From positions 1 through 53,281 of the IMG/VR virus record IMGVR_UViG_3300025133_000004: a DNA stretch of 53,281 bases; one strand, given 5' to 3'. Position numbers and translations under genes: made by a program. Origin of the DNA: a virus. Of this stretch, positions 41,956 through 50,650 are shown piece after piece. The notes beneath the pieces were generated by a model. The model was given only the letters and a program-made list of their open reading frames with translations, searched no databases and was not told where the DNA came from. Positions within the stretch are counted from its first letter, which is position 1. Every line of letters starts with the position of its first letter.

Positions 41956-42351
41956 ATGAAAAAAGAATTAACAACAAAGCAACAGACTTTCTTAGACCAT
42001 CTTGTTCAAACGGGAGGTGATCCTAAAGAAGCTGCAAAGTTAGCCGGGTATTCCGAGAATGGACATTGGCAGGTTGTACACGCACTTAAAAATGAAATTA
42101 TAGACTTAGCCTCTAACATACTCGCACAATCCGCACCTAAAGCAGCTATGAAACTTGTGGATATAATGGAATCCAATAGTCCAATTCCGCAAGCTAACAT
42201 TAGAGTACAGGCAGCACAGACAATTTTAGACCGTACAGGTTTAGGAAAACAAGAAAGACTAGATGTTAGTCATAAAGTAGAAGGAGGATTGTTTATACTT
42301 CCGGCTAAAGAAGAGATAGTTATTAATGGAGACACGACAGAGAACGAGTAG
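41956..42351 (+). CDS. terminase small subunit (Terminase_2/P27-like), shortened start
   Basis: LTTKQQTFLDHLVQTGGDPKEAAKLAGYS matches the small-terminase HTH pattern. The longer track ORF (from 41857) would contain the consensus promoter. Confidence 0.7.
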   Translation: MKKELTTKQQTFLDHLVQTGGDPKEAAKLAGYSENGHWQVVHALKNEIIDLASNILAQSAPKAAMKLVDIMESNSPIPQANIRVQAAQTILDRTGLGKQERLDVSHKVEGGLFILPAKEEIVINGDTTENE

Positions 42352-42586
42352 CACAATACCTTTTGGGTATGAATTGGCTGAAGACAATAAAACTTTAAAG
42401 CCTATAGAGACTCAACTATCAATTCTTAAAACTGTAGCTGATCTTGTACAACAAGAAACACTTTCTTTAAGAGAAGGTAGTTTATGGATAGAAGAAAAAA
42501 CTGGGAGGTCTTTAAGCCATACAGGGCTAAAGAAAATTATAGATAATGGAAGATTGGAAACAAAACCCCCAGAACTATCTAACTGA
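42326..42586 (+). CDS. hypothetical small protein (86 aa), possibly DNA-binding
   Basis: Track ORF between terS and terL. IPFGYEL...SLREGSLWIEEKTGRSLSHTGLKKI is reminiscent of resolvase-type HTH segments (weak). Confidence 0.5.
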   Translation: METRQRTSSTIPFGYELAEDNKTLKPIETQLSILKTVADLVQQETLSLREGSLWIEEKTGRSLSHTGLKKIIDNGRLETKPPELSN

Positions 42587-44222
42587 TGAAGACGGTAACT
42601 TTATATTAAAAAAAGATGGTACACCACGTAAAAGAACAGGAAGACCTAAAGGTTCAAAGAGTAGAGGCTATAATTATCACTCAGAAACTAAAGCCAAGAT
42701 AAAAGCAAGACGAGCAGTACGAACTAAAGAAAAGGGCGCAGAAAGATTAAAACAAAGACTAGATGCTAAAAGAGATTCATTAAACGCATCTAAAGAAACT
42801 TTAAATAAGTTAGATAAAAAGACAACAAATAAAGTTGTAACAGAAGATATACTTGATAAAGTTCCAAAAGCTTTAAAAGAAGAAGTCAATGACAATGTTA
42901 TATTTAAGCCTAATAATGGGCCACAGACAGACTTCTTAGCAGCCCCAGAAAGAGATGTTCTTTATGGTGGTGCAGCAGGTGGTGGTAAGTCTTATGCAAT
43001 GCTTATAGACCCACTACGGTTTGCACATAGAGCAGCACACAGAGCGTTAATACTTAGGCGCTCAATGCCAGAGCTAAGAGAACTTATAGATAAAAGTAGA
43101 GAACTATACCCGAAAGCCTTTCCGGGCTGTAAGTATAAAGAAGTTGAAAAACTTTGGAACTTCCCTAGCGGAGCCAAAGTAGAGTTCGGCTTCTTAGAGC
43201 GAGATGCCGATGTTTATCGGTATCAAGGCCAAGCCTATTCTTGGATTGGTTTTGACGAGATAACTCACTTACCCACTGAGTTTGGATGGAACTATCTCGC
43301 TTCTCGCCTAAGAACGACCGACCCTGAGATAAGTACATACATGAGATGTACAGCTAATCCGGGTGGTGTAGGAGCTAATTGGGTTAAGAAAAGATATGTT
43401 GATCCATATCCTCCTAATGAATCGTTTACAGGAGAAGATAACTTAACAAGAAAGTTTATTCCGGCTAGATTAGATGATAATCCTTATTTAGCTAAAGATG
43501 GACGATATGAAGAAATGCTGATGGCTTTGCCGCCTACTCAGCGCAAGCAGTTGCTAGAAGGTAACTGGGATGTTAATGAAGGCGCAGCCTTTACGGAATT
43601 TGAACAAGATGTTCATGTAATTACTCCTTTTGAGATACCTATCTCTTGGGAGCGTGTCAAAGGTATTGACTATGGTTACGCATCTGAAAGTGCTTGTATC
43701 TGGGGATCAGTAGACCCTTCAGACGGCACATTAATTATTTATAGAGAATTATATAGAAAAGGGTTGACAGGTGTTGATTTAGGACAACTAATAACCCAAA
43801 TGGAATTACAAGACCCATATTCGGTTCAAGGAGTTTTAGATACGGCAGCGTGGGCTAGGACAGGAACAACAGGCCCAACAGTAGGTGAGTCCCTAATTCG
43901 TGCAGGTCATAAACTACGAAGGGCTGATAAGAATCGGATACAGGGTAAAATACAAATCCATGAATACTTGAGGATACAACAAAGCGGTAGGCCACGATTG
44001 CAAATATTTAATAACTGCCCTAGCCTGATACGTGAACTTCAAAGTATTCCTCTGGATCGTTCTAACCCAGAAGATGTAGATACACACGCGCCAGATCATG
44101 CTTATGATGCTCTGCGCTATTTAATAATGTCTAGACCAAGAATACAAGATTCATTTAGTAGAATAAGAAATCTGCATTTGGAACAGGCTTATACCCCGGC
44201 TGATAGCGAATTTGGATATTAA
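42546..44222 (+). CDS. terL: terminase large subunit
   Basis: Walker A GGAAGGGKSYAM, Walker B-like WIGFDEITH, C-terminal nuclease region with DTAAWA and HAPDHAYDALRY. The N-terminal extension is basic. Confidence 0.9.
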   Translation: MEDWKQNPQNYLTDEDGNFILKKDGTPRKRTGRPKGSKSRGYNYHSETKAKIKARRAVRTKEKGAERLKQRLDAKRDSLNASKETLNKLDKKTTNKVVTEDILDKVPKALKEEVNDNVIFKPNNGPQTDFLAAPERDVLYGGAAGGGKSYAMLIDPLRFAHRAAHRALILRRSMPELRELIDKSRELYPKAFPGCKYKEVEKLWNFPSGAKVEFGFLERDADVYRYQGQAYSWIGFDEITHLPTEFGWNYLASRLRTTDPEISTYMRCTANPGGVGANWVKKRYVDPYPPNESFTGEDNLTRKFIPARLDDNPYLAKDGRYEEMLMALPPTQRKQLLEGNWDVNEGAAFTEFEQDVHVITPFEIPISWERVKGIDYGYASESACIWGSVDPSDGTLIIYRELYRKGLTGVDLGQLITQMELQDPYSVQGVLDTAAWARTGTTGPTVGESLIRAGHKLRRADKNRIQGKIQIHEYLRIQQSGRPRLQIFNNCPSLIRELQSIPLDRSNPEDVDTHAPDHAYDALRYLIMSRPRIQDSFSRIRNLHLEQAYTPADSEFGY

Positions 44223-44231
44223 GGTTTTTAT

Positions 44232-46412
44232 ATGGCTGAAGAAGAAAATAGTTTAATACAAAATGCTGACGGTATTTATTTTGAAACAGTAGAAAATGAA
44301 GAAGGTATGAGTTTAAATCTTGAAGAAGATTTAAATAACCGTCTTGCAGGACTTATTGAAGATAGATTCTCATCTGCTGAAATGGCTAGAGACTCTGATG
44401 AAGGCAGATGGATGACGGCCTACCACAACTATCGTGGCTTGTATCCAAAGAATGTTAAATTCAGAGAATCAGAAAAGTCTAGAGTCTTTGTAAAAATAAC
44501 TAAAACAAAAGTACTAGCAGCCTTTGGGCAGTTAGTAGATGTTATTTTTGGAGGCAACAAGTTTCCTATTGGCGTATCTGAAACAAAAGTACCAGAAGGT
44601 ATTTCAGAAATTGCTCATTTAGATACAGCTAATCCTGTACCCGGAATTGAAACAAGTTCAGCAGAGATTGGAGAAGAAACACCCACTAATCCTTTTGATG
44701 TAGGATACGAAGGAGATGGTAAAAATTTAAAAGCGGGTGAAACCTTTAACCAAAGAGAACCTTTAGACAAACAAGCAGCAGATTCTTTAGTTGACGGCCC
44801 ATCTGCTAATCCACAAATTCCTGAAATGAAACCTGCTCAAAAAGCAGCAAGGAGAATGGAAAAGCTTATACATGATCAAATAGAAGAATCTAATGGTTCC
44901 AGTGAAATAAGAAATGCTTTATTTGAGGCATCTTTATTTGGCACAGGTATTGTTAAAGGACCATTTAATTTTAATAAAACTCTTAACAGATGGACAGATG
45001 AAGACGGTGAACGTACATACAATCCACTAGAAGTTCGTGTACCACGAATTGAGTTTGTAAGTATTTGGGATTTTTTTCCAGACCCTAATGCTACTACAAT
45101 GGATGAATGTGAATATGTTGTACATAGGCATAAACTAAATCGTTCACAATTTAGAAGCCTTTCTAAACTTCCGTATTTTGATAAAGATAAAATACGAGGC
45201 TGTTTAGAAATGGGGCCAAACTACGAAGAAAAAGATTATGAGTATGAACTAAAAGACGATAACCGAATGTCTGATGCTAGTGCAGCTAAGTACGAAGTAC
45301 TAGAATACTGGGGCATTATGGATGCTGAGTATGCTAGAGAAATTGGAATGGAACTTGATGATAATGTAGATGACTTAGATGAAGTTCAAATTAATGCTTG
45401 GGTTTCAAGCGGTAAAGTATTACGTGCGGTAGTTAATCCATTTTCGCCACACAGGATTCCTTATCATTCTTTTTCGTATGAAAAGAATCCTTATAGTTTC
45501 TTTGGCATAGGCGTAGCTGAAAACATGGATGACTCTCAAAAGATTATGAACGGTCATGCACGTATGGCAATAGACAACCTAGCTTTATCAGGTTCAGTAA
45601 TATTTGATGTAGACGAGACTGCTCTTGTGGGTGGTCAAAGCATGGACATATATCCGGGTAAAGTCTTTCGCAGACAAGCAGGAGTTCCGGGTACAGCCAT
45701 TAATGGTTTAAAGTTTCCTAATACATCAAATGAAAACATGATGATGTTTGATAAGTTTAGACAACTTGCAGATGAACAAACAGGCATACCAAGCTACTCG
45801 CATGGTCAAACTGGTGTTCAAAGTATGACAAGAACAGCGTCAGGGATGTCAATGCTACTTGGAGCAGCTTCACTAAACATAAAGACAGTAATTAAAAATC
45901 TTGATGACTTTCTTTTAAAACCTTTAGGCGAAGCATACTTCCAGTGGAATATGCAGTTTTTAGAAAGTAAACTAGGAGTAGAAGGAGATTTAGAAGTTAA
46001 GGCTACTGGTACAGCAAGTCTTATGCAGAAAGAAGTAAGAAGCCAAAGGCTAACTACTTTTCTTCAAAGTATTCAAAATCCTGCTATTGCTCCGTTTGTT
46101 AAAATTAATAAACTCATTGGAGAGCTTGCGTACTCGCTTGATCTTGATCCTGATGAAATACTCAATGATCCAGAAGAAGCAGCTATTATGGCTCAAATTA
46201 TAGGGATGCAAAATAATGTTGGACAAGCAACTGGCGAAACGCCTCTCACTCCTAACGAGCAACAAGGAGGCATGGGAGGGCTTGAAGGAGCACCTACAGA
46301 ACCTACGCCACTTGGAGTTACGGGTACTGGTGGGGGCAACATCGGAACAGGAAATGTACCGCAGTCAGGGGAAGATCAATTCTCTGGAACTCCTAGAGCG
46401 GTTGAAGGATGA
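44232..46412 (+). CDS. portal protein (putative)
   Basis: A 726-aa ORF directly downstream of terL with a Gly-rich, acidic C-terminus. Assigned from position and size. Confidence 0.65.
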   Translation: MAEEENSLIQNADGIYFETVENEEGMSLNLEEDLNNRLAGLIEDRFSSAEMARDSDEGRWMTAYHNYRGLYPKNVKFRESEKSRVFVKITKTKVLAAFGQLVDVIFGGNKFPIGVSETKVPEGISEIAHLDTANPVPGIETSSAEIGEETPTNPFDVGYEGDGKNLKAGETFNQREPLDKQAADSLVDGPSANPQIPEMKPAQKAARRMEKLIHDQIEESNGSSEIRNALFEASLFGTGIVKGPFNFNKTLNRWTDEDGERTYNPLEVRVPRIEFVSIWDFFPDPNATTMDECEYVVHRHKLNRSQFRSLSKLPYFDKDKIRGCLEMGPNYEEKDYEYELKDDNRMSDASAAKYEVLEYWGIMDAEYAREIGMELDDNVDDLDEVQINAWVSSGKVLRAVVNPFSPHRIPYHSFSYEKNPYSFFGIGVAENMDDSQKIMNGHARMAIDNLALSGSVIFDVDETALVGGQSMDIYPGKVFRRQAGVPGTAINGLKFPNTSNENMMMFDKFRQLADEQTGIPSYSHGQTGVQSMTRTASGMSMLLGAASLNIKTVIKNLDDFLLKPLGEAYFQWNMQFLESKLGVEGDLEVKATGTASLMQKEVRSQRLTTFLQSIQNPAIAPFVKINKLIGELAYSLDLDPDEILNDPEEAAIMAQIIGMQNNVGQATGETPLTPNEQQGGMGGLEGAPTEPTPLGVTGTGGGNIGTGNVPQSGEDQFSGTPRAVEG

Positions 46413-46576
46413 AGTTGAAGAAGCTAAAAGAAGAGACACCTAAGTATGAAGGTAGGTTTTGGTCTTATGCTAAAAGAAAGTTTGTAGCTTATGATGAGTG
46501 GATAAAAGAAACAAATTGTTGTAATGAAAAAAATACATTAACAGAGGAAAAGGATAATGAGAGTAGAAGCTCCTAA
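46409..46576 (+). CDS. unlisted small ORF, 55 aa
   Basis: Hand translation gives MKLKKLKEETPKYEGRFWSYAKRKFVAYDEWIKETNCCNEKNTLTEEKDNESRSS. ATGA overlap with the portal stop. Confidence 0.4.
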   Translation: MKLKKLKEETPKYEGRFWSYAKRKFVAYDEWIKETNCCNEKNTLTEEKDNESRSS

Positions 46577-46703
46577 AGGTTTCCATTGGATGAAACAAAA
46601 AAAGGGCGGCTATAAACTTATGAAACATACTGGTAAGTTTAAACCACATAAAGGAGCTACTTTAAAAGCAACCTTTCCTGTACAGAAAGAACATAAAGGC
46701 TGA
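46557..46703 (+). CDS. unlisted small ORF, 48 aa, basic
   Basis: Hand translation gives MRVEAPKGFHWMKQKKGGYKLMKHTGKFKPHKGATLKATFPVQKEHKG. GAGGAAAAGGATA precedes the ATG, and the stop overlaps the next ATG. Confidence 0.4.
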   Translation: MRVEAPKGFHWMKQKKGGYKLMKHTGKFKPHKGATLKATFPVQKEHKG

Positions 46704-47026
46704 TGAACGAAACAGTTGAAGTAAAACAAAACACACAATTTCAACTTGATTTAAAAACCTTAATTGGTCTTTTAGCAGGGTTTCTTAGTATTGCAGGTGT
46801 TTATTTTACTTTAACTTCAGAAATTGCACAGCTTCAAATAGATAGTATTAGAGTTCAGTCTTCTGTTTTGCTTAACGAAGAGTTCCGAATTAAGTGGCCT
46901 AGAGGTGAACTTGGTGCATTACCAGATGATGCAAGACAAGATTTGCGTATTGAGTATCTTCAAAGAGATTTAGCAGCACTTGAAGAAATGATTAAAGAAC
47001 ATCTTAGTGAACATGATGAACAATAG
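46703..47026 (+). CDS. hypothetical protein (107 aa) with one TM helix
   Basis: Track ORF containing LIGLLAGFLSIAGVYFTLT. Confidence 0.55.
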   Translation: MNETVEVKQNTQFQLDLKTLIGLLAGFLSIAGVYFTLTSEIAQLQIDSIRVQSSVLLNEEFRIKWPRGELGALPDDARQDLRIEYLQRDLAALEEMIKEHLSEHDEQ

Positions 47027-47037
47027 GGGTAGTATAG

Positions 47038-47673
47038 ATGGCTAATAAATCCAGAAGAAATAAACGTAGAAAAGCAAAGAAAAAATCTTTACTGGCTCCT
47101 GATGTTGCTATAACTGTAGCAGTTGCTGAACCTAAAGAAAGAGAACAAAAACAAGAAGGCGGTTCTATGATGGTTCCTCCAGAAATGGAAGGAGCACCAG
47201 TAGACACATACCCAAATATACCGCCAGAAGAAATGGCAGAAGTAAAAGCTTCACAACTTCCAGATGAAGAAATGGAAAGTGATTATGTAGATTTCGTAAT
47301 GAATGAAGCTTTAGAACAAGAAGAACAAATGTATTTAATGAATGCTTTGGAGGCAGACCCACAACTTAGTATGATTTTTGACAAAGTTGTAGATACTGCT
47401 TCTGAGTTTTCTGGAGCCGGAGAAGTAAGCGGCCCCGGAGATGGTGTCTCAGATTCAATACCCGCCAGATTATCTGACGGTGAATTTGTGATGACCAAAA
47501 AGGCCACTGATCAAATAGGTGCAGACAATCTCCAAGTTATGATGGATGACGCTGAACGTGCTTATGACGGTGGTTTAATGAGAAAAGACGAGGAAGATGA
47601 TTATAGAAGCAACATAAATAAAACTATGCTGTCTGCTAATCAAATGCCTAGTCTTAATGTTAGACAACGATAA
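47038..47673 (+). CDS. hypothetical head-module protein (211 aa), basic N-terminus and acidic body
   Basis: Track ORF starting MANKSRRNKRRKAKKK, between the portal and scaffold genes. Confidence 0.6.
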   Translation: MANKSRRNKRRKAKKKSLLAPDVAITVAVAEPKEREQKQEGGSMMVPPEMEGAPVDTYPNIPPEEMAEVKASQLPDEEMESDYVDFVMNEALEQEEQMYLMNALEADPQLSMIFDKVVDTASEFSGAGEVSGPGDGVSDSIPARLSDGEFVMTKKATDQIGADNLQVMMDDAERAYDGGLMRKDEEDDYRSNINKTMLSANQMPSLNVRQR

Positions 47674-47726
47674 CGGCTACCTTGAAGTAAAAGCACCATT
47701 CTGAATTATCTGTACAAATAATTCAT

Positions 47727-47732
47727 TATAAT
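47727..47732 (+). promoter_or_regulatory. consensus -10 hexamer TATAAT upstream of the scaffold gene (no convincing -35)
   Basis: Read directly. It lies in the 100-nt gap before 47774. A 9-nt direct repeat GGCTACCTT occurs at 47675-47683 and 47733-47741. Confidence 0.25.
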
Positions 47733-47773
47733 GGCTACCTTTTAAAACTTACAAGCCCCGTGGAGGAAGTATT

Positions 47774-48628
47774 ATGGCTGAAACACAAACTAATCCTGTG
47801 GAGGAAAAAGCACCTAATCCTTATAATGCAAAGAAAAGTTGGCACACTCCCGACAGACCAAGAACGGAAAATGCTGATGGTTTATTCTACGCACCATCTC
47901 AAGAACAACAGGCTACGCCTTCAGAAGATTCTGAAACGCCCCCTGCTAAAAATTCTAAAGATGTTAATTATAAGAAAAGGTATGATGATCTAAAGAAACA
48001 TTACGATAGTAGACTTTCTGAGTTTAAACAAAGAGAGACAGAACTTCTTGCGGAGGCAGCAGAAAAAGCTCCTGCGTATCAAGCTCCAAAAACTTTGGAA
48101 GAACTTGAAAGGTTTAAAGCGCAGAATCCAGACCTGTATGAAACTGTTGAAACTGTGGCTCATTTACAAAGTGAAAACCAAACTGAACAACTGCGACAGC
48201 AATTATCAGCTTTGCAAGACCGTGAAACTGATATTTTAAAACGTGAAGCTGAAACAGTTCTAAGAGAGCGTCACCCCGATTTTGAAGATATAAGGGGCGA
48301 TGAAGCTTTTCATGAATGGGCTAAAGAGCAACCAGAAGATATACAAAGATGGGTTTATGCAAATAATAGTGATGCGACTTTAGCTAGTCGTGCTATAGAC
48401 CTTTACAAAATGGAAAAGGGCATGGCTCAGTCACCACAAAAGAGGCAGTCCAAAAGAAAGGAAAGAGGCTCTGCTGCTGATATGGTGTCTACAAAAACAA
48501 CAGCGGTGGATGCGAAAGCTCCTAAAATTTGGACAGAAAAAGAAATTGCTAAGATGTCTATTGATCAATTTGACAGATATGAAGATGAAATCAAATTGGC
48601 TTTATCAGAAGGGAGAATAGCAAAATAA
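47774..48628 (+). CDS. scaffolding protein (putative)
   Basis: Charged, coiled-coil-like 284-aa ORF directly upstream of the capsid gene, with GGAGGAAGT before the ATG. Confidence 0.6.
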   Translation: MAETQTNPVEEKAPNPYNAKKSWHTPDRPRTENADGLFYAPSQEQQATPSEDSETPPAKNSKDVNYKKRYDDLKKHYDSRLSEFKQRETELLAEAAEKAPAYQAPKTLEELERFKAQNPDLYETVETVAHLQSENQTEQLRQQLSALQDRETDILKREAETVLRERHPDFEDIRGDEAFHEWAKEQPEDIQRWVYANNSDATLASRAIDLYKMEKGMAQSPQKRQSKRKERGSAADMVSTKTTAVDAKAPKIWTEKEIAKMSIDQFDRYEDEIKLALSEGRIAK

Positions 48629-48649
48629 GTTTTATGAGGAGATATTATA

Positions 48650-49639
48650 ATGGCTTATAACCAATCTGACCAATATTTTGAACCGAGTACGGATACCAAT
48701 GCTAACTTTGGTAACTCCGTAAGTGGTCAAAATAATTCGTTTTTCTTACCTTCTGTCTATTCCAAGACAGTTCTGAATTTTTTCAGAAAATCATCTGTAG
48801 CGGAAGCAATTACCAATACAGATTATGCAGGTGAGATTGCAAATTTTGGTGATTCTGTAAAGATCATCAAAGAACCCGAAATCACTGTTTATCAGTATGA
48901 AAGAGGGGCAGACGTAACAGCGACTAAGTTGACAGACCAAGAACTAACTTTGGTTGTTGATACAGCAAACGCATTTAAATTCATCGTAGATGACATTGAA
49001 ACTAATATGTCTCACGTTAATTTTCGTGACGTTGCTGCATCATCCGCAGCTTATTCACTAAAGGATGCCTTTGACGAGGGTGTTATTGCAGCAATGTTCT
49101 CAGGAGTATCTGCATCTAGCCCAAATCACGTTCTAGGTTCTGACAGCGCAACTGACCTTGCAGCCGGAACTTTTGACGGTACTGGTAATCTTGACATTGG
49201 CTTTGGTACATCTGAACATGATCCTATTGATGTGCTTTCACATATGGCACGTTTATTGGATGAGCAGAATGTACCAGAAGAAGGACGTTGGTTTCTAGCG
49301 AATCCAGAGTTCTATGAAGTACTTGTTCAAAGTTCTTCTAAGCTTCTGTCTGTTGATTACAATGCAGGACAGGGTTCAATCCGTAACGGCTTAGTATCAT
49401 CTGGAAAGTTACGTGGCTTTGATATGTACAAGACCAACAATATTGCATCTACTTCAAATGCAGCAGGTAAATGTATTGCAGGTCATATGTCATCTACAGC
49501 AACGGCACAGACCATTACGAATACTGAAGTCATTCGTGATCCTGATAGCTTTGGCGATATAGTACGAGGACTCCATGTTTATGGTTCTAAAGTACTACGC
49601 AGCGAAGCATTAGTTTCCGCGTTCTACGGTATTGACTAG
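48650..49639 (+). CDS. major capsid protein (putative)
   Basis: A 329-aa ORF after the scaffold with a strong RBS (GAGGAG), followed by a terminator. Assigned from position and size. Confidence 0.65.
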   Translation: MAYNQSDQYFEPSTDTNANFGNSVSGQNNSFFLPSVYSKTVLNFFRKSSVAEAITNTDYAGEIANFGDSVKIIKEPEITVYQYERGADVTATKLTDQELTLVVDTANAFKFIVDDIETNMSHVNFRDVAASSAAYSLKDAFDEGVIAAMFSGVSASSPNHVLGSDSATDLAAGTFDGTGNLDIGFGTSEHDPIDVLSHMARLLDEQNVPEEGRWFLANPEFYEVLVQSSSKLLSVDYNAGQGSIRNGLVSSGKLRGFDMYKTNNIASTSNAAGKCIAGHMSSTATAQTITNTEVIRDPDSFGDIVRGLHVYGSKVLRSEALVSAFYGID

Positions 49640-49646
49640 TAAGTTT

Positions 49647-49686
49647 AGGTTGGGGGGCTGTAAAAAGCCCTCCTTCCTTTTTATTT
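49647..49686 (+). terminator. rho-independent terminator after the capsid gene
   Basis: GGGGGGCT-GTAAAA-AGCCCTCC stem followed by TTCCTTTTTATTT. Confidence 0.6.
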
Positions 49687-49698
49687 AAGGAGTAAGAA

Positions 49699-49875
49699 AT
49701 GCCACAATTAGGAAGCGAAAGAACTCCTATAATTATGTCTAAAAAGAAAACAGGCAGGACTCTTGGACTTATGGGGCGTTGGTATACAAAAGAAAACAGA
49801 GAAAAGTATGCCGAAGGTTACAAAAGAATTTATGGCGATAAGAAAAAAACAACAACCTCTAGAGACTCTGAATAA
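49699..49875 (+). CDS. unlisted small ORF, 58 aa, basic
   Basis: Hand translation gives MPQLGSERTPIIMSKKKTGRTLGLMGRWYTKENREKYAEGYKRIYGDKKKTTTSRDSE. AAGGAG lies 7 nt upstream of the ATG. Confidence 0.5.
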   Translation: MPQLGSERTPIIMSKKKTGRTLGLMGRWYTKENREKYAEGYKRIYGDKKKTTTSRDSE

Positions 49876-49877
49876 TT

Positions 49878-50648
49878 ATGGCTACAACATTCTTACAATT
49901 AACAAACGAATTGCTACGTGAGTTGAATGAAGTTGTATTAACTTCTTCAACTTTTTCTAGTGCTGTAGGAATACAGCAACACGCAAAAGACTGTATTAAT
50001 AGATCATACTTAGATATATCAAATGAAGAACCGCAATGGCCTTTTCTAGCTGCCGCTGAAAGTGGAGCTACTGATCCTATGTATGGTAATGTTTCTGTAG
50101 ATACTGTAGCAGCAACAAGATGGTATGAGTTAAAAGCTTCTAGTTCATCTGTTGCAGACGATTATGGTTCTATAGATTGGAATAATTTTTATTTAACAAC
50201 AGTAGGAGTAAGCGGTGAATCGGCTCCTTATGTTTCTAAAAATTTAAGATTCTTAACTACAGAACAATGGAAAGACTTTAGACGAACAGAAGAAAACGCA
50301 GATGACGCTGATCAAGCTACAGGCGGTGAGCCTCGCTTTGTTATTAGAAGTCCTGATGCAAGAAAATTTGGTTTAAGCCCTATACCAGATCAAGTATATA
50401 AAGTTTGGTTTTTTGCTTACAACCTACCCACACAACTATCTGCACATGACGATGCAATAGTTTTTCCTGATTTATACAAAACAGTAATATTATCTAAAGC
50501 AAGATATTACACACATCAATTTAAAGACAACCCTCAAATGGCTGCTTTTGCTCTGGAAGATTTTAAAAAGGGATTAAAAAGCATGAGGGAAAATTTACTA
50601 GGGACTGTTCCAACTTATATGTCTGATGACAGAATTAGGTTTGATTAA
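49878..50648 (+). CDS. putative head-tail adaptor / tail tubular A-like protein
   Basis: A 256-aa ORF in the position expected from podovirus gene order. No motif recognised. Confidence 0.4.
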   Translation: MATTFLQLTNELLRELNEVVLTSSTFSSAVGIQQHAKDCINRSYLDISNEEPQWPFLAAAESGATDPMYGNVSVDTVAATRWYELKASSSSVADDYGSIDWNNFYLTTVGVSGESAPYVSKNLRFLTTEQWKDFRRTEENADDADQATGGEPRFVIRSPDARKFGLSPIPDQVYKVWFFAYNLPTQLSAHDDAIVFPDLYKTVILSKARYYTHQFKDNPQMAAFALEDFKKGLKSMRENLLGTVPTYMSDDRIRFD

Positions 50649-50650
50649 CT

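Noticed and set aside
42006-48239. Track ORFs 42006..42200, 42677..42895, 42992..43177, 43914..44099, 46050..46265, 46216..46443, 47004..47207, 47165..47362, 47283..47507, 47760..47993 and 48048..48239
   Set aside because: They overlap the terS, terL, portal, 211-aa or scaffold genes in other frames or on the other strand. The overlapped genes are better supported by motifs, RBSs and operon packing.
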